The notes: a model not told the origin generated them from the letters alone. 64,000 nucleotides of DNA from Polyangiaceae bacterium (GCA_050287085.1 JBNKBE010000013.1:64001-128000), one strand, 5' to 3'. Shown: positions 1 to 10,141, numbered from the stretch's first letter. Made by a program: numbers and translations.

Positions 1-1
1 C

Positions 2-1177
2 TTGGCCGCCAAGTTTCAAGCGGAAGGCGACTGGTGCCAAGAACACGGCTACCCGGAATCGGGCTGCCCCATCTGCCACCCGGTCTCTGCACCTTCGGAC
101 GTGGCCACGGCAACCCTCGAAGCCAAGGTACTACAGCTCAACCCTCCGGAGCTGGAGCGGACCATCGGCTTGCGCACGGCGCCTGCTATGGCCGGCCGCG
201 CCCCTTCGAAGGTGGTCTGCACAGCGCGGATCGCCTTCGACGCAGACAAGGTGGCCGACGTGCGCGCCCTCATTCCCGGCGTGGTGCGTCGGGTGCACAC
301 CGAGCTTGGAGCTCGCGTGACCCCCCACAGCCCCCTCTTCGAACTCGAAAGTGCCGGCGTCGGGGTGGTCCAAGGCACCCTTCAAGCCGCACGGCAACGG
401 GTGCGCGCGGCGCAAGCAAATCTCACCCGGCAGCTCGAGCTCAGAGCCAATGACCTCACGAGCGCTCGGCAAGTTGAACTCGCTCAGCAGGAACTAGCCA
501 GTGCCCAAGCCGAAACCCACACAGCGGAAGCCACTCTGAGCATGGCTGGGGCAGCCCGAACCATGCCTTCTGGACGCTATACCCTATCAGCCCCCATGGC
601 GGGCACCATCGTGCGCCGGCCCGCTGTGGTCGGTACGTTCGCGACCGAAAGCGAATCGCTAGCCACCATCGCCGACCTGTCAGTGATGTGGGCGTTGTGC
701 GACGTGCCAGAGCTTAACGCAGGACGGGTCGCCCTGGGACAAGCAGTCGATCTTAGAGTCGACGGCGCGGGTCCGCCCATGAGCGGCACGCTCACCTGGC
801 TCTCAGCCGAAGTGAATCCCCGAACGCGCACTGTTGCAGCCCGCATTGAGCTGCCGAACCCGGGTGGAAAGCTACGTGCCAATCAGTTCGCGCACGCAGA
901 GATCACAGTCGACCCAGGCTCTCCGGGAGTCACGGTTCCGCGCGTATCCGTCCAGCGTATTGGCGAGCAAGAGGTGGTGTTCGTCCGTACGGCCCCGGGC
1001 GTCTATCAACCCCGCGTCGTCAAGACTCTGAACCAAGACGAGCGCGTCCAAGTCCAGGGGCGCGTTCAGCCGGGAGATGCGGTCGTCACGACGGGTGGGG
1101 TGTTCTTGCGAACTGAGCTCGTACCCGGAGCCGTCGGTGCCGGCTGCTGCGAAGTCGAGCCCAGAGGAGTTCAGTGA
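2..1177 (+). CDS. Efflux RND transporter periplasmic adaptor subunit (CzcB/CusB-like), 5' end probably outside the window
   Basis: Membrane-fusion protein hallmarks (LSAPMAGTIV, ADLSVMW, VNPRTRT, LRANQF). N-terminal WCxEHxxPESxCxxCHP and C-terminal GAGCC Cys motifs. Overlaps the CzcA-family gene. Confidence 0.92.
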   Translation: MAAKFQAEGDWCQEHGYPESGCPICHPVSAPSDVATATLEAKVLQLNPPELERTIGLRTAPAMAGRAPSKVVCTARIAFDADKVADVRALIPGVVRRVHTELGARVTPHSPLFELESAGVGVVQGTLQAARQRVRAAQANLTRQLELRANDLTSARQVELAQQELASAQAETHTAEATLSMAGAARTMPSGRYTLSAPMAGTIVRRPAVVGTFATESESLATIADLSVMWALCDVPELNAGRVALGQAVDLRVDGAGPPMSGTLTWLSAEVNPRTRTVAARIELPNPGGKLRANQFAHAEITVDPGSPGVTVPRVSVQRIGEQEVVFVRTAPGVYQPRVVKTLNQDERVQVQGRVQPGDAVVTTGGVFLRTELVPGAVGAGCCEVEPRGVQ

Positions 1178-4100
1178 TGCTGGCTCCCTTAATCGACATC
1201 TGCCTGCGCCACCGCCCCATCGTACTGTTGGCCACCGCGGCGCTCACGTTGAGCGGTCTGGTCAGCTTATCCCATCTGCCCTTCGACGCTTTTCCCGACA
1301 CCACACCGGTGCAGGTACAAGTCAATACTACGGCTCCAGCACTCTCACCCCTCGAAGTGGAACGACAGATCACCTTCCCCTTGGAGCAGGTTGTCTCCGG
1401 GCTTCCGGGCCTTACTGAGGTGCGCTCGATCTCGAAGTTCGGACTGTCGCAGCTCACGGCGCTCTTTGAAGACGGAACCGACATCTACCTGGCGCGGCAG
1501 GTTCTGGCTGAACGCCTCTCGACGGCGGAACTCCCAGCCCGGGTCTCTCGCCCTTCGCTCGGACCGGTTTCAAGCGGACTCGGTGAGGTATTCCAATACG
1601 TATTGCACAGCAACACGCTTTCCACCGAAGAGCTCCGAACCCTGCACCACTGGGTCATTCGCCCCCAGATGCTGCAGGTGCCCTCCGTCGCCGAGATCAA
1701 CACTTGGGGTGGTCACGAAAAGCAGTATCACATCCTTGTCTCCCCTGAGCGCTTGGTCAAGCACGCTCTAACTCTGGACGACGTGGCTCGTGCGGTCCGC
1801 CAAGGGAATCGCAACGCGGGAGGGGGTATCATCGACCAAGCGGGCGAATCCCTCTTCGTACAAGGCCAAGGTTTGATATCCAGCATCGCCGACCTCGAAG
1901 CGATGGTGCTCGCCCAGGTCGACGGGATCGCCATCCATCTGAAAGACGTTGCAGATGTCCGCATAGGTCACGAGATTCGGCGCGGCGCCGTGACCTACCA
2001 AGGCAATGGAGAGGCAGTACTCGGGCTCGGCTTCACACTCATGGGCGCAAACAGCCGGGAGCTGAGCGAGAAACTCGAGGACCGATTGCGGGCCGCAAAA
2101 CTGAGCTTGCCGGCAGACGCCTCCCTGACCGAAGTCTACAGCCGCAGGGACCTCGTCGACCAAGTCCTTCGAACGGTGCGTACGAACCTGTTGGAAGGAG
2201 CGCTGCTAGTAATTGCGATCACCTTCGCATTCCTGGGCAATCTCCGTGCCGGTCTCATCGTAGCTCTCGCCATTCCGCTCTCGATGCTGGTCGCCTTCAA
2301 CGCGATGTTGAGATTCGGAGTGGCCGGTAGCCTGATGAGCCTCGGAGCCATCGACTTCGGGTTGATCGTCGACAGCTCCGTCATCCTGGTTGAAAACGCC
2401 GTGCGACGTTTGGACGAAGACACCGAAGGTCGCAGCGTGCGCGAGGTGGTGCGTGAAGCTGCACTCGAAGTCCGCCGCCCAACGCTCTTTGGCGAACTCA
2501 TCATCGCGGTCGTCTATCTTCCCATTCTGACGCTGGAAGGCGTGGAGGGAAAGCTCTTCCGACCCATGGCTATCACCGTGATCTTCGCGCTGATGGGTTC
2601 AATGCTCCTCTCGATGACGTTAACGCCGGTGCTCGCCAGCTACGGCCTCAAGAAGGGGCGCGCCCGGGGTGACAATCGCGGCGTGCGATGGCTGAAGCGC
2701 TGCTACCGGCCGGTCTTGACCTGGGCGTTGAGCCACCGCGTGCCGGTCATGACCGGCGCCGCGCTGCTGGTCGTCAACGGCGCATGGCTCGCAACTCAGC
2801 TCGGTTCGGAATTCGTGCCGCGCCTTCAGGAACAAGCCCTGGTGATCAACACGGTCCGCATGGCAGGTGTATCCTTGGACGAGTCCGTGCGCTACGGCAC
2901 CGCCATCGAGAACCTCTTGCTCCAACGCTACCCAAATGAAATCGCACATATCTGGACGCGCACCGGAAGTGCTGAAGTCGCCACCGACCCGATGGGCATC
3001 GAAGTCTCCGACGTCTTCATCACTCTCAAGGAGCGTGATGCGTGGCGGGTCGCCAGCACCCAAGACGGCCTGGTCGCCGCCATGAGCCAGACGCTCGAGG
3101 GGCTCCCCGGCATGCGCAGCGTCTTCAGCCAGCCTATCGAAATGCGAGTGAACGAGATGGTCGCGGGGATCCGCGCAGACGTCGGGATCAAGATCTTCGG
3201 CGACGATTTCGCCGTCTTGAGCACCCTGGGAGAGAAGATCCGACGCATTGTGGAACGCATACCAGGAGCCACCGATGTCTCCGTGGAACAACTCACGGGG
3301 CAAGCCATGCTGACGGTCGACATCGATCGCCAAGCCGCAGGGCGATATGGCATCCCCCCCGGGGAAATCTTGGAAACCATCGAGTCCTTTGGCACTCGCA
3401 AGCTAGGTCAAGCCATCGAAGGCCAGCGACGCTTTGACATCGTCTTGCGCCTGGATGACGACACGCGAACCTCGATTCAGCGCATGGGACAGGTATTGCT
3501 ACACACAGCAACGGGTGCACAGGTTCCACTTTCGTCCGTCGCCAAGCTGCAGCGAGTCGAAGGCCCGTCCACAATACAACGGGAATGGGCCAAGCGCCGC
3601 GTTGCGGTCCAAGTCAACGTGCGCGGCCGCGACGTGGGTTCGTTCGTTCGCGATGTCCGCGAAGCGCTGGCGCAGTTCAGACTCCCGGACGGGTACTACA
3701 CAACCTTCGGCGGGCAATTCAAAAACCTCGAGCGGGCACAGCGACGTTTGCTCTTCGTTGTTCCCCTGGCATTGCTCCTCGTCTTTTCTCTGCTCTATCT
3801 GACCTACGGCCGCGCCGCAGACGCCCTGCGCGTCTTCACCGGCGTGCCCCTAGGGGCTGTCGGGGGTGTCATGGCGCTCTGGGTGCGGGACATGCCCCTA
3901 TCGATCTCCGCGGGCGTAGGCTTCATCGCCCTTTCCGGTGTTGCCGTCCTCGGAGATATGGTGCTGGTGTCCAACGTTGTCCAACGCGTCGCGCGCGGGC
4001 TCGCCCCCTCCGACGCCATCCGGCTCGCCGCAGAAACACGGCTGAGACCGGTATTGATGACGGCTGCGGTCGCGGCCTTCGGGTTCGTACCCATGGCCTT

Positions 4101-4239
4101 CAATACCGGAGTTGGCGCAGAGGTGCAGCGTCCCCTGGCAACCGTTGTATTGGGCGGCATGCTCACGTCCACCATTGCCACCCTGCTGGTGCTACCGGTA
4201 CTGTACGCGGCGCTAAGCCGCCCGGACCCTGCACGATGA
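1177..4239 (+). CDS. czcA: CusA/CzcA family heavy-metal efflux RND permease
   Basis: About 1020 aa with HME-RND motifs DAFPD, LMSLGAIDFGLIVD, EGKLFRPMA, RLRPVLMT and GAEVQRPLATVV. ATG at 1177 (alternative GTG at 1174). Confidence 0.95.
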   Translation: MLAPLIDICLRHRPIVLLATAALTLSGLVSLSHLPFDAFPDTTPVQVQVNTTAPALSPLEVERQITFPLEQVVSGLPGLTEVRSISKFGLSQLTALFEDGTDIYLARQVLAERLSTAELPARVSRPSLGPVSSGLGEVFQYVLHSNTLSTEELRTLHHWVIRPQMLQVPSVAEINTWGGHEKQYHILVSPERLVKHALTLDDVARAVRQGNRNAGGGIIDQAGESLFVQGQGLISSIADLEAMVLAQVDGIAIHLKDVADVRIGHEIRRGAVTYQGNGEAVLGLGFTLMGANSRELSEKLEDRLRAAKLSLPADASLTEVYSRRDLVDQVLRTVRTNLLEGALLVIAITFAFLGNLRAGLIVALAIPLSMLVAFNAMLRFGVAGSLMSLGAIDFGLIVDSSVILVENAVRRLDEDTEGRSVREVVREAALEVRRPTLFGELIIAVVYLPILTLEGVEGKLFRPMAITVIFALMGSMLLSMTLTPVLASYGLKKGRARGDNRGVRWLKRCYRPVLTWALSHRVPVMTGAALLVVNGAWLATQLGSEFVPRLQEQALVINTVRMAGVSLDESVRYGTAIENLLLQRYPNEIAHIWTRTGSAEVATDPMGIEVSDVFITLKERDAWRVASTQDGLVAAMSQTLEGLPGMRSVFSQPIEMRVNEMVAGIRADVGIKIFGDDFAVLSTLGEKIRRIVERIPGATDVSVEQLTGQAMLTVDIDRQAAGRYGIPPGEILETIESFGTRKLGQAIEGQRRFDIVLRLDDDTRTSIQRMGQVLLHTATGAQVPLSSVAKLQRVEGPSTIQREWAKRRVAVQVNVRGRDVGSFVRDVREALAQFRLPDGYYTTFGGQFKNLERAQRRLLFVVPLALLLVFSLLYLTYGRAADALRVFTGVPLGAVGGVMALWVRDMPLSISAGVGFIALSGVAVLGDMVLVSNVVQRVARGLAPSDAIRLAAETRLRPVLMTAAVAAFGFVPMAFNTGVGAEVQRPLATVVLGGMLTSTIATLLVLPVLYAALSRPDPAR

Positions 4240-4769
4240 GTCGCCGCTACCGCTGGATCGCAGCCCTCGCACTGGCGCAAGCGGGGCTCTTGGGCGCGTT
4301 CTGGTGGGTCGAACGCGAAAGAGCCGCCGACTCAGTCCCCGCACTCGGAAGCCTTCCCCCCGAACATATCGACTTGAGCCTGCCGGCTTTGAACGTCCAG
4401 CGGCGGCGCGGCAGCGACGAACGATTGCGTGCCCCGCGCCGCCCGACTCTCCTGCACGTGTGGGCGAGCTGGTGTCCACCCTGCCGAGCGGAGTTGCCGG
4501 GGCTTCTCGCATTGCCCGAGCACTACGACATCGAAGTCATTGCGCTTTCCGTCGACAAGACCTGGGCCCAGGTGGATACGCTCAGGGCAGCGAGGCAAGA
4601 TCCGCGTATCCTCTTGGCCCAAGCCCGAGAAGTCACGCTCGGCCTAGGCGTACGGGAGCTGCCAACCACGTTCCTCCTGGACGGCTCTGGCAAGCTCACT
4701 CTGCGCTTCAATGGCGCCCGCGACTGGACCGATCGGGCCTTCGTCGAGCGATACCTGCGGCCGCGCTAG
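4236..4769 (+). CDS. TlpA/ResA family thiol-disulfide oxidoreductase
   Basis: WASWCPPC active site and LPTTFLLD cis-Pro motif, with an N-terminal TM anchor. ATG at 4236 overlaps the czcA stop (ATGA). The upstream part of the listed 3585 ORF is a shadow. Confidence 0.9.
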   Translation: MSRRYRWIAALALAQAGLLGAFWWVERERAADSVPALGSLPPEHIDLSLPALNVQRRRGSDERLRAPRRPTLLHVWASWCPPCRAELPGLLALPEHYDIEVIALSVDKTWAQVDTLRAARQDPRILLAQAREVTLGLGVRELPTTFLLDGSGKLTLRFNGARDWTDRAFVERYLRPR

Positions 4770-4985
4770 CGTTCGAGCGGAGCCCGCTGCAGGCCTCACG
4801 TCTTCCCCGGCGCAAAATAGGTCATCAAGTCGCGAGCCTTCTTTTTTGGATGAGAGAGCATAGATCGGGAAGCCCACGGCCAAGAAGGCCGCTACGAATC
4901 GGTGCCCTTGACCCGAGTCAATCGCTAGCCAAAAAAGCGGTTCCACCCCGCCCACGCCCAGCCCCCCTAGATCACTGCCCCCGCC

Positions 4986-6059
4986 ATGCCCGCCACCACT
5001 CCGATCGCTACGCCCGCTGCCGTGCCCAGCGACGCTCAATGGGGGGCCATCGTCAAGCGCCAAGCGCTGACTTCGTTTCTTTACGCGGTCGTCACGACGG
5101 GTGTCTACTGTCGACCCAACTGCCCCTCGCGTCGCGCGCGAAGGGAGAATGTGCGCATCTTCGAATCCGCTGCCGAAGCTGGGTCGGCTGGCTTTCGGCC
5201 CTGCAAGCGCTGCCGCCCCAATGAGGAGGTGAATGCCTTGGCTCTGCGCGCGGTAACCCGTATGTGCCGCGCCCTGGAGCAAGCGGAGCAAACACCCACC
5301 CTCGAGCAGCTCGCTCGCGGCGCGGGGCTGAGCTCATCCCATGCGCGACGCGTCTTCCAACGCGCCACGGGGCTCACCCCCAAGGCCTATCACGACGCCC
5401 TGCTGAGGGCGCGCGCGAGTGCGGCATTGTCGGACTCCAGGAGTGTCACGGAGGCCATCTATGCCGCCGGATTCACCGCACCAAGCCGCTTCTACGAGCG
5501 AGCGGACGCGATGCTGGGAATGGCCCCGGCGACGTTCCGTTCGGGAGCCCCCGGGGTGGTCATCCGATTTGCGCTAGCAAGCTCTTCTCTCGGCGAGGTA
5601 TTGGTGGCCGCGACTGAACGCGGGATTTGTAGCGTGTTGCTTGGCGACGAACGCGCGGCCTTGGTTGCGGAACTCCAGCACCGCTTCGCGCGCGCGGAGC
5701 TGACTTGCGCTGAGCCCGAATTCGAAGCCGTCGTCAATGCCGTCCTGGACGTCATCGAAGGCCAAGGATTGCCGGAAGCGTTACCGCTGGACGTCCAGGG
5801 CACGGTATTCCAAGCGCAGGTGTGGCGGGCCCTTCAGAGCATTCCACGAGGTCGTGTGCTGAGCTACTCGGAGCTCGCCCTGCAGCTGGGAAGACCGAGC
5901 GCCAGCCGTGCGGTAGCGCGAGCCTGCGCCAGCAACCCGGTCGCGGTGCTGATCCCTTGTCATCGAGTCGTCCGCGCCGGCGGAGCTCTCGCCGGATATC
6001 GCTGGGGGATTGCGCGAAAACGCGAACTCCTGCTCCGTGAAGGAGCGCTTGACGAGTGA
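4986..6059 (+). CDS. ada: Bifunctional transcriptional activator / O6-methylguanine-DNA methyltransferase Ada
   Basis: Zn site TTGVYCRPNC...GFRPCKRC, AraC-like HTH, and C-terminal PCHRV active site. Confidence 0.95.
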   Translation: MPATTPIATPAAVPSDAQWGAIVKRQALTSFLYAVVTTGVYCRPNCPSRRARRENVRIFESAAEAGSAGFRPCKRCRPNEEVNALALRAVTRMCRALEQAEQTPTLEQLARGAGLSSSHARRVFQRATGLTPKAYHDALLRARASAALSDSRSVTEAIYAAGFTAPSRFYERADAMLGMAPATFRSGAPGVVIRFALASSSLGEVLVAATERGICSVLLGDERAALVAELQHRFARAELTCAEPEFEAVVNAVLDVIEGQGLPEALPLDVQGTVFQAQVWRALQSIPRGRVLSYSELALQLGRPSASRAVARACASNPVAVLIPCHRVVRAGGALAGYRWGIARKRELLLREGALDE

Positions 6060-6187
6060 GGCCCGCACCGAAGCCCCGGATCCCGATAGTACGCTCCGGT
6101 CCCAAGTGGGAACGCCCGTGATAGAGACGCAACACACCCGCAAAAAAGGGTCGACGCAATCGGACAATCCGCTATTGCTGCCAGCTG

Positions 6188-7426
6188 ATGCGAACCCTCC
6201 TGTCCAGCCTCCACTCTCGCGGTGCCAAGAGCGCAGTGTGTCTCCTCGTCCTCACTGCGGCCTGTGCCGGAACTGAACCTCCCGCCGAAGAGCCCACAGG
6301 CGGCGGCGCGAGCGCCGGCGCTATGGCCGGTGCCAGCGCTATGGCCGGCGCGGCAACAGCCGGTGCCGCTGGAGGCGGCGGCGCGGCGGGCAGTGGCGGC
6401 GCGGCAGCGGGCGGCAATAACGCAATGGGCGGGGCGTCCGCGCCCGACACAAACTCCAGCGGCGGATCGGTAGCAGCGGGCGGCGCGGAGGTCACTGCCG
6501 GTGCCCCCAGCGCGGGCAGCGGCGGCAACGCGGCAGCGGGAGGGAACACTGGCTCTCCCCCCACGGCCCGAACAACATGCCCGGAGGCCCCCCCCGCCGC
6601 CACCAAAGATCCAGCCGCTGATCGCAATCTCGTGGTGTCAAAAGACGAGTATTCGCAAATGTTCAGCGCCATGGAGCCTTTCCAGGGAACACGCGGAGCT
6701 CTGCCCTGGCACCTGCATACCCCGGAACAAGCCGTCACGGCGTCCGAAGAGCGGTACCCGCTGGTCGTCATCTTACACGGCGGCTACGGTCGGGAAGTTG
6801 CAGACGGCAATATCATGGTCGATGTGGCGCCTTATCTGCTGGGTGCAGCCGGTGGCCTGCTCACGGAAGAAAACCGCGCCGCCTACCCAGCGTACGTCCT
6901 AGCGCCCCATTGCCGGCAAGATGAAGGCTGCGACTTTGGCCGCAACGAGTGGGCCGCTCCCGGCGGGCTGCACTATCAGGTTGCTGATGAACCGTCGGTC
7001 GCGGGTGGCACGGCCCTGGAGCTCATCGAGCACGTCATTGCCGACTATCAAGTCGATGCGCAGCGCGTCTACGTCACGGGGAACTCCATGGGAGGCGGCG
7101 GCACCTGGGAGTTTGCGCTGCGCCGCCCCGAGCTATTTGCGGCGGCCCTTCCGGTTTCGGGACATCCCCCCGCCCTCGAATTCCTGAAGCCGATCACCGA
7201 GGCCAAACTGCCCGTCTGGGCATTCGGCGGGGCGAACGATACCACCAATCCCTATCCGGACACCGTTGAAGCCGTGGCGACCCTCAACAGCGGCGCTGGC
7301 TGCGCATGGCTCACCACCTACAACAACACCGGTCACGATGACGCCTTGTGGAGCAGTCCCTACCTGGAGCCGGGACTTTGGCCGTGGCTCTTTGCCCAGG
7401 TCAATCCGAGCGCCCCTGCGCCCTGA
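6188..7426 (+). CDS. Lipoprotein alpha/beta hydrolase (carboxylesterase/peptidase-like) with Gly/Ala-rich linker
   Basis: Lipobox-like LTAAC, long G/A/S linker, YPLVVILHG, RVYVTGNSMGG nucleophile elbow, and candidate Asp (ND) and His (GH). Confidence 0.85.
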   Translation: MRTLLSSLHSRGAKSAVCLLVLTAACAGTEPPAEEPTGGGASAGAMAGASAMAGAATAGAAGGGGAAGSGGAAAGGNNAMGGASAPDTNSSGGSVAAGGAEVTAGAPSAGSGGNAAAGGNTGSPPTARTTCPEAPPAATKDPAADRNLVVSKDEYSQMFSAMEPFQGTRGALPWHLHTPEQAVTASEERYPLVVILHGGYGREVADGNIMVDVAPYLLGAAGGLLTEENRAAYPAYVLAPHCRQDEGCDFGRNEWAAPGGLHYQVADEPSVAGGTALELIEHVIADYQVDAQRVYVTGNSMGGGGTWEFALRRPELFAAALPVSGHPPALEFLKPITEAKLPVWAFGGANDTTNPYPDTVEAVATLNSGAGCAWLTTYNNTGHDDALWSSPYLEPGLWPWLFAQVNPSAPAP

Positions 7427-7432
7427 GGCCCC

Positions 7433-7535
7433 CGGGCTCGAAGCACTCGGGGCTCGAGGCACTCGGGGCTCGAGGCACTCGGGGCTCGAAGCACTCGGGG
7501 CTCGAAGCACTCGGGGCTCGAAGCACTCGGGGCTC
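7433..7535. repeat. Tandem repeat of 16-bp unit GGGGCTCGARGCACTC, 6 full copies plus a partial
   Basis: Read directly: units start at 7433, 7449, 7465, 7481, 7497, 7513, partial at 7529. No spacers. Lies between convergent genes. Confidence 0.95.
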
Positions 7536-7574
7536 AGTGAGGCCTGGCTCAGAGCGCTCCGGGCTCGAACGCCT

Positions 7575-7925
7575 CTAGCGAAGCTCGATCAACTCCACCT
7601 CGAACAACAGCGTCGCATTGGGCGGGATAACCCCAGCCGCGCCGCGCTCGCCGTACCCCAGGTGGGGTGGAATCAAGAGCGTGCGCTTGCCACCTACGGC
7701 CATGGTGGCGACCCCTTCATCCCAGCCGCCAATGACCTGTCCGACCCCGAGCTTGAAGGCAAACGGCTGCCCTCGATCCAATGAGCTGTCGAACTTGGCG
7801 CCCTTAGCGCCATTCTCCCACAGCCAACCGGTGTAGTGCATTACGCAGGTTTGTCCCGAGCTTGGCTGAGCGCCACTGCCTAGCTGGGTGTCATCATATT
7901 GGAGTCCACTTGACGTCTGATTCAT
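7575..7925 (-). CDS. FKBP-type peptidyl-prolyl cis-trans isomerase
   Basis: HYTGWL, KFDSSLDRGQPF, VIGGWDEG, IPPHLGYG, IPPNATLLFEVEL. Start taken at MNQTSSG. Confidence 0.95.
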   Translation of the reverse strand: MNQTSSGLQYDDTQLGSGAQPSSGQTCVMHYTGWLWENGAKGAKFDSSLDRGQPFAFKLGVGQVIGGWDEGVATMAVGGKRTLLIPPHLGYGERGAAGVIPPNATLLFEVELIELR

Positions 7926-8051
7926 CGCGGAAACTGTAGAGGCTCGCTCCTCCGCGCACAACCGCTTGCGGCCCGCTCCTGCACACCCCACTGCATCGCA
8001 GGCCGGTCACGAGCTGGCCCCGGGCCCGCGCCTGCGATACAACTCACAGCC

Positions 8052-9926
8052 TTGCCGACAAGCCACGCGCCAGTCCCTCCCGAGCCGGCACCCCCCGGCA
8101 GCCCGTCGCACGGGGCCAAGTGTGTGAGCACGCGGCGCGACTTGCGGGTGGCCCTGGCCGTCGGCATCGGCTTCGCCTTGCTCTATGGGCTCACGGCTGC
8201 AACCACCATCCAAGGCTTCGACTGTGGTGAATTGGTCGTGGTTGAACACAGCTGGGGGGTGGCGCACCCGCCTGGCTTTCCCACTTTCATACTGCTGGCG
8301 GGGCTCTTCGAACGCCTATTGCCGCTCGCGCCCGCGCTGAGCGCGGCCTTGTGGAGCGCGCTCTGTGGCTCGCTCACCTGCGGGTTGATGGTGCTCAGCA
8401 TGCGCCGCGCCGGCTGCTCGCGCTTAGCAGCCGGGGTGTGCGCAGTAGCCTGGGGCCTGCTGCCCTCAGTGTGGATGCTTCACACCCTCCAGGAGGTGTT
8501 CGCAACGCTGCACTGCTTCGTGGCGGCCTTGATATTCTCCTGTCTCTCTCCCGATCGTCAGAATACCGCGCAGCGCCTTGTCTTGTCCCGTGACTCCGCG
8601 GGCGGCGTGGCGAGTAACTCGAGTCGCAACGCAATCCCGACCTACGTTCGCTCGGCGCTCGCTATCGGACTGCTCTGCGGACTGGGCGCCGGCGTACACA
8701 CCACGCTCGTCTTCGCGGCGCCGCTGATTGTGTATTGGTTCTGGTGCCGCCGCACCTACCTGCGCTGGACCTTGCCGAGCGCCGCACTCGGGCTCGCCGC
8801 GGGCGGATTGTGTTTCCTGTACCTCGTCTGGGCATGGCACGGCACGGGCTTTCGCTGGGGTAGTTACGAGGGCCCGAGCAGTGTCCTCGACCACGTCTTG
8901 CGGCGGCACTACGGAGCGCTGTCATTGGGGGTCAAAGAGGGGCCACCAACCCTGGCGCTCCGGACCTACGGCAAGTGGCTGCTGATCGACGGCGTTGGCT
9001 TATTGCTCTTCATCATCGTAGGTGGGCTCTTGGCGCTGCGCCGAAGGTCACCTCAAGCACTCTGTCTGCTGGCTAGCCACGTCTTGGCGGGCATAGTCTT
9101 TCTGGCGCTATTTCGTATCCCCGACACCGAGTGGTCAGAAGCGATCATCTCGCGCTTCTTCGGTCAGGCCACACTCTACGGCCTGCCCCTCGCCGGACTT
9201 GCGCTCGACGCCCTCGGCGCAAGACTGAAACTCCGCCCCTCCCTGACCTACGCCGCGAGTAGCGCTGCAATACTCCTCATCGCCGCGCAGGCGTTTCCGT
9301 CGGCGCCCTCCACTCAACGCAACACGCTTCGTGAGAACGCAAGCGGCATTCTCGCATCCGTACAACCCAGAGCCATCCTGCTGGCCGCGGGGGACTCGAC
9401 GCTGGGTGCGTTGTGGTATGCTCAAGAGATTGACCACGAGCGCCGCGACGTATCGTTGGTCGCCACCGGCTTACTGCCCGCGCCCTGGTACGGAAGACGG
9501 CTTCAGAATGAAATCGGGTATGTTCACCCGGAAGGACTGGCTGGTACTCGGCGACTCATCGAGTTTGCCCACGCGCAGCGCCGCCCAATCTACACGGTAG
9601 AAGACCCCCGGGGACAGCTAGGCCAAACATTCCAATTCTTGCCGGTGGGTGCCGTCCTTCAAATCTTGCCCAAGAACGCGCCAATGCCTCCCCCCAGCGC
9701 AGTCGAAAGCACGCTGGTTGCATTCCAGACTCAGCACCCAATCCCAGCGGTCCCGTGGTGGCAATCAGGAAGACCCGACGAGCGGCTTGCCGTAGACTAC
9801 AGCTACGTGCGCCCATGGCGCATGCTGCTTAGCATCTATCAACGCCAAGGCGACAGGAACGCCGCTGAGCGCGCTCGACAACGCTTGCAGTTGCTCGCTG
9901 CGCTCAACGGAGCGGCTCATCCCTAG
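8052..9926 (+). CDS. DUF2723 domain membrane protein (TMEM260-like GT-C glycosyltransferase)
   Basis: N-terminal DCGEL...GVAHPPGFP signature followed by many TM helices and a periplasmic C-terminal region. Start uncertain. Confidence 0.8.
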   Translation: MPTSHAPVPPEPAPPGSPSHGAKCVSTRRDLRVALAVGIGFALLYGLTAATTIQGFDCGELVVVEHSWGVAHPPGFPTFILLAGLFERLLPLAPALSAALWSALCGSLTCGLMVLSMRRAGCSRLAAGVCAVAWGLLPSVWMLHTLQEVFATLHCFVAALIFSCLSPDRQNTAQRLVLSRDSAGGVASNSSRNAIPTYVRSALAIGLLCGLGAGVHTTLVFAAPLIVYWFWCRRTYLRWTLPSAALGLAAGGLCFLYLVWAWHGTGFRWGSYEGPSSVLDHVLRRHYGALSLGVKEGPPTLALRTYGKWLLIDGVGLLLFIIVGGLLALRRRSPQALCLLASHVLAGIVFLALFRIPDTEWSEAIISRFFGQATLYGLPLAGLALDALGARLKLRPSLTYAASSAAILLIAAQAFPSAPSTQRNTLRENASGILASVQPRAILLAAGDSTLGALWYAQEIDHERRDVSLVATGLLPAPWYGRRLQNEIGYVHPEGLAGTRRLIEFAHAQRRPIYTVEDPRGQLGQTFQFLPVGAVLQILPKNAPMPPPSAVESTLVAFQTQHPIPAVPWWQSGRPDERLAVDYSYVRPWRMLLSIYQRQGDRNAAERARQRLQLLAALNGAAHP

Positions 9927-10141
9927 CGGGAAGTCGCCGGCTCTGGCTCCAGCTGACTCCCCGCGCCTTCGCTCGCAGACGGGTTCTGCGTCTCGGCCGC
10001 CCCTGAGCCGGGCCGGTCTTCCTCCAGAACGCGCCGCATGGCAACGCCGCGTCGCCGTTCATAGAGCAACTCGAGCACCTTGCCCCCGCCCCAAAGTGCG
10101 CTGAAACCGACCGCGCCAACCATACATCCAATACATGCCAT
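9923..10141 (-). CDS. Small hypothetical membrane protein
   Basis: 72-aa ATG ORF filling the gap, with N-terminal CxxC and a hydrophobic stretch. No family recognised. Confidence 0.4.
   Translation of the reverse strand: MACIGCMVGAVGFSALWGGGKVLELLYERRRGVAMRRVLEEDRPGSGAAETQNPSASEGAGSQLEPEPATSR

Noticed and set aside
3585..4235. Long N-terminal extension of the TlpA ORF
   Set aside because: Overlaps czcA in another frame; the ATGA junction at 4236 gives a normal-length TlpA.
4928..4941. AAAAAAGCGG resembling an Ada box upstream of ada
   Set aside because: Only a partial match to the E. coli AAAGCGCA box, and conservation in this lineage is unknown.
7433..7535. Possible CRISPR array
   Set aside because: Units are 16 bp and contiguous with no unique spacers, and there are no cas genes in the window.
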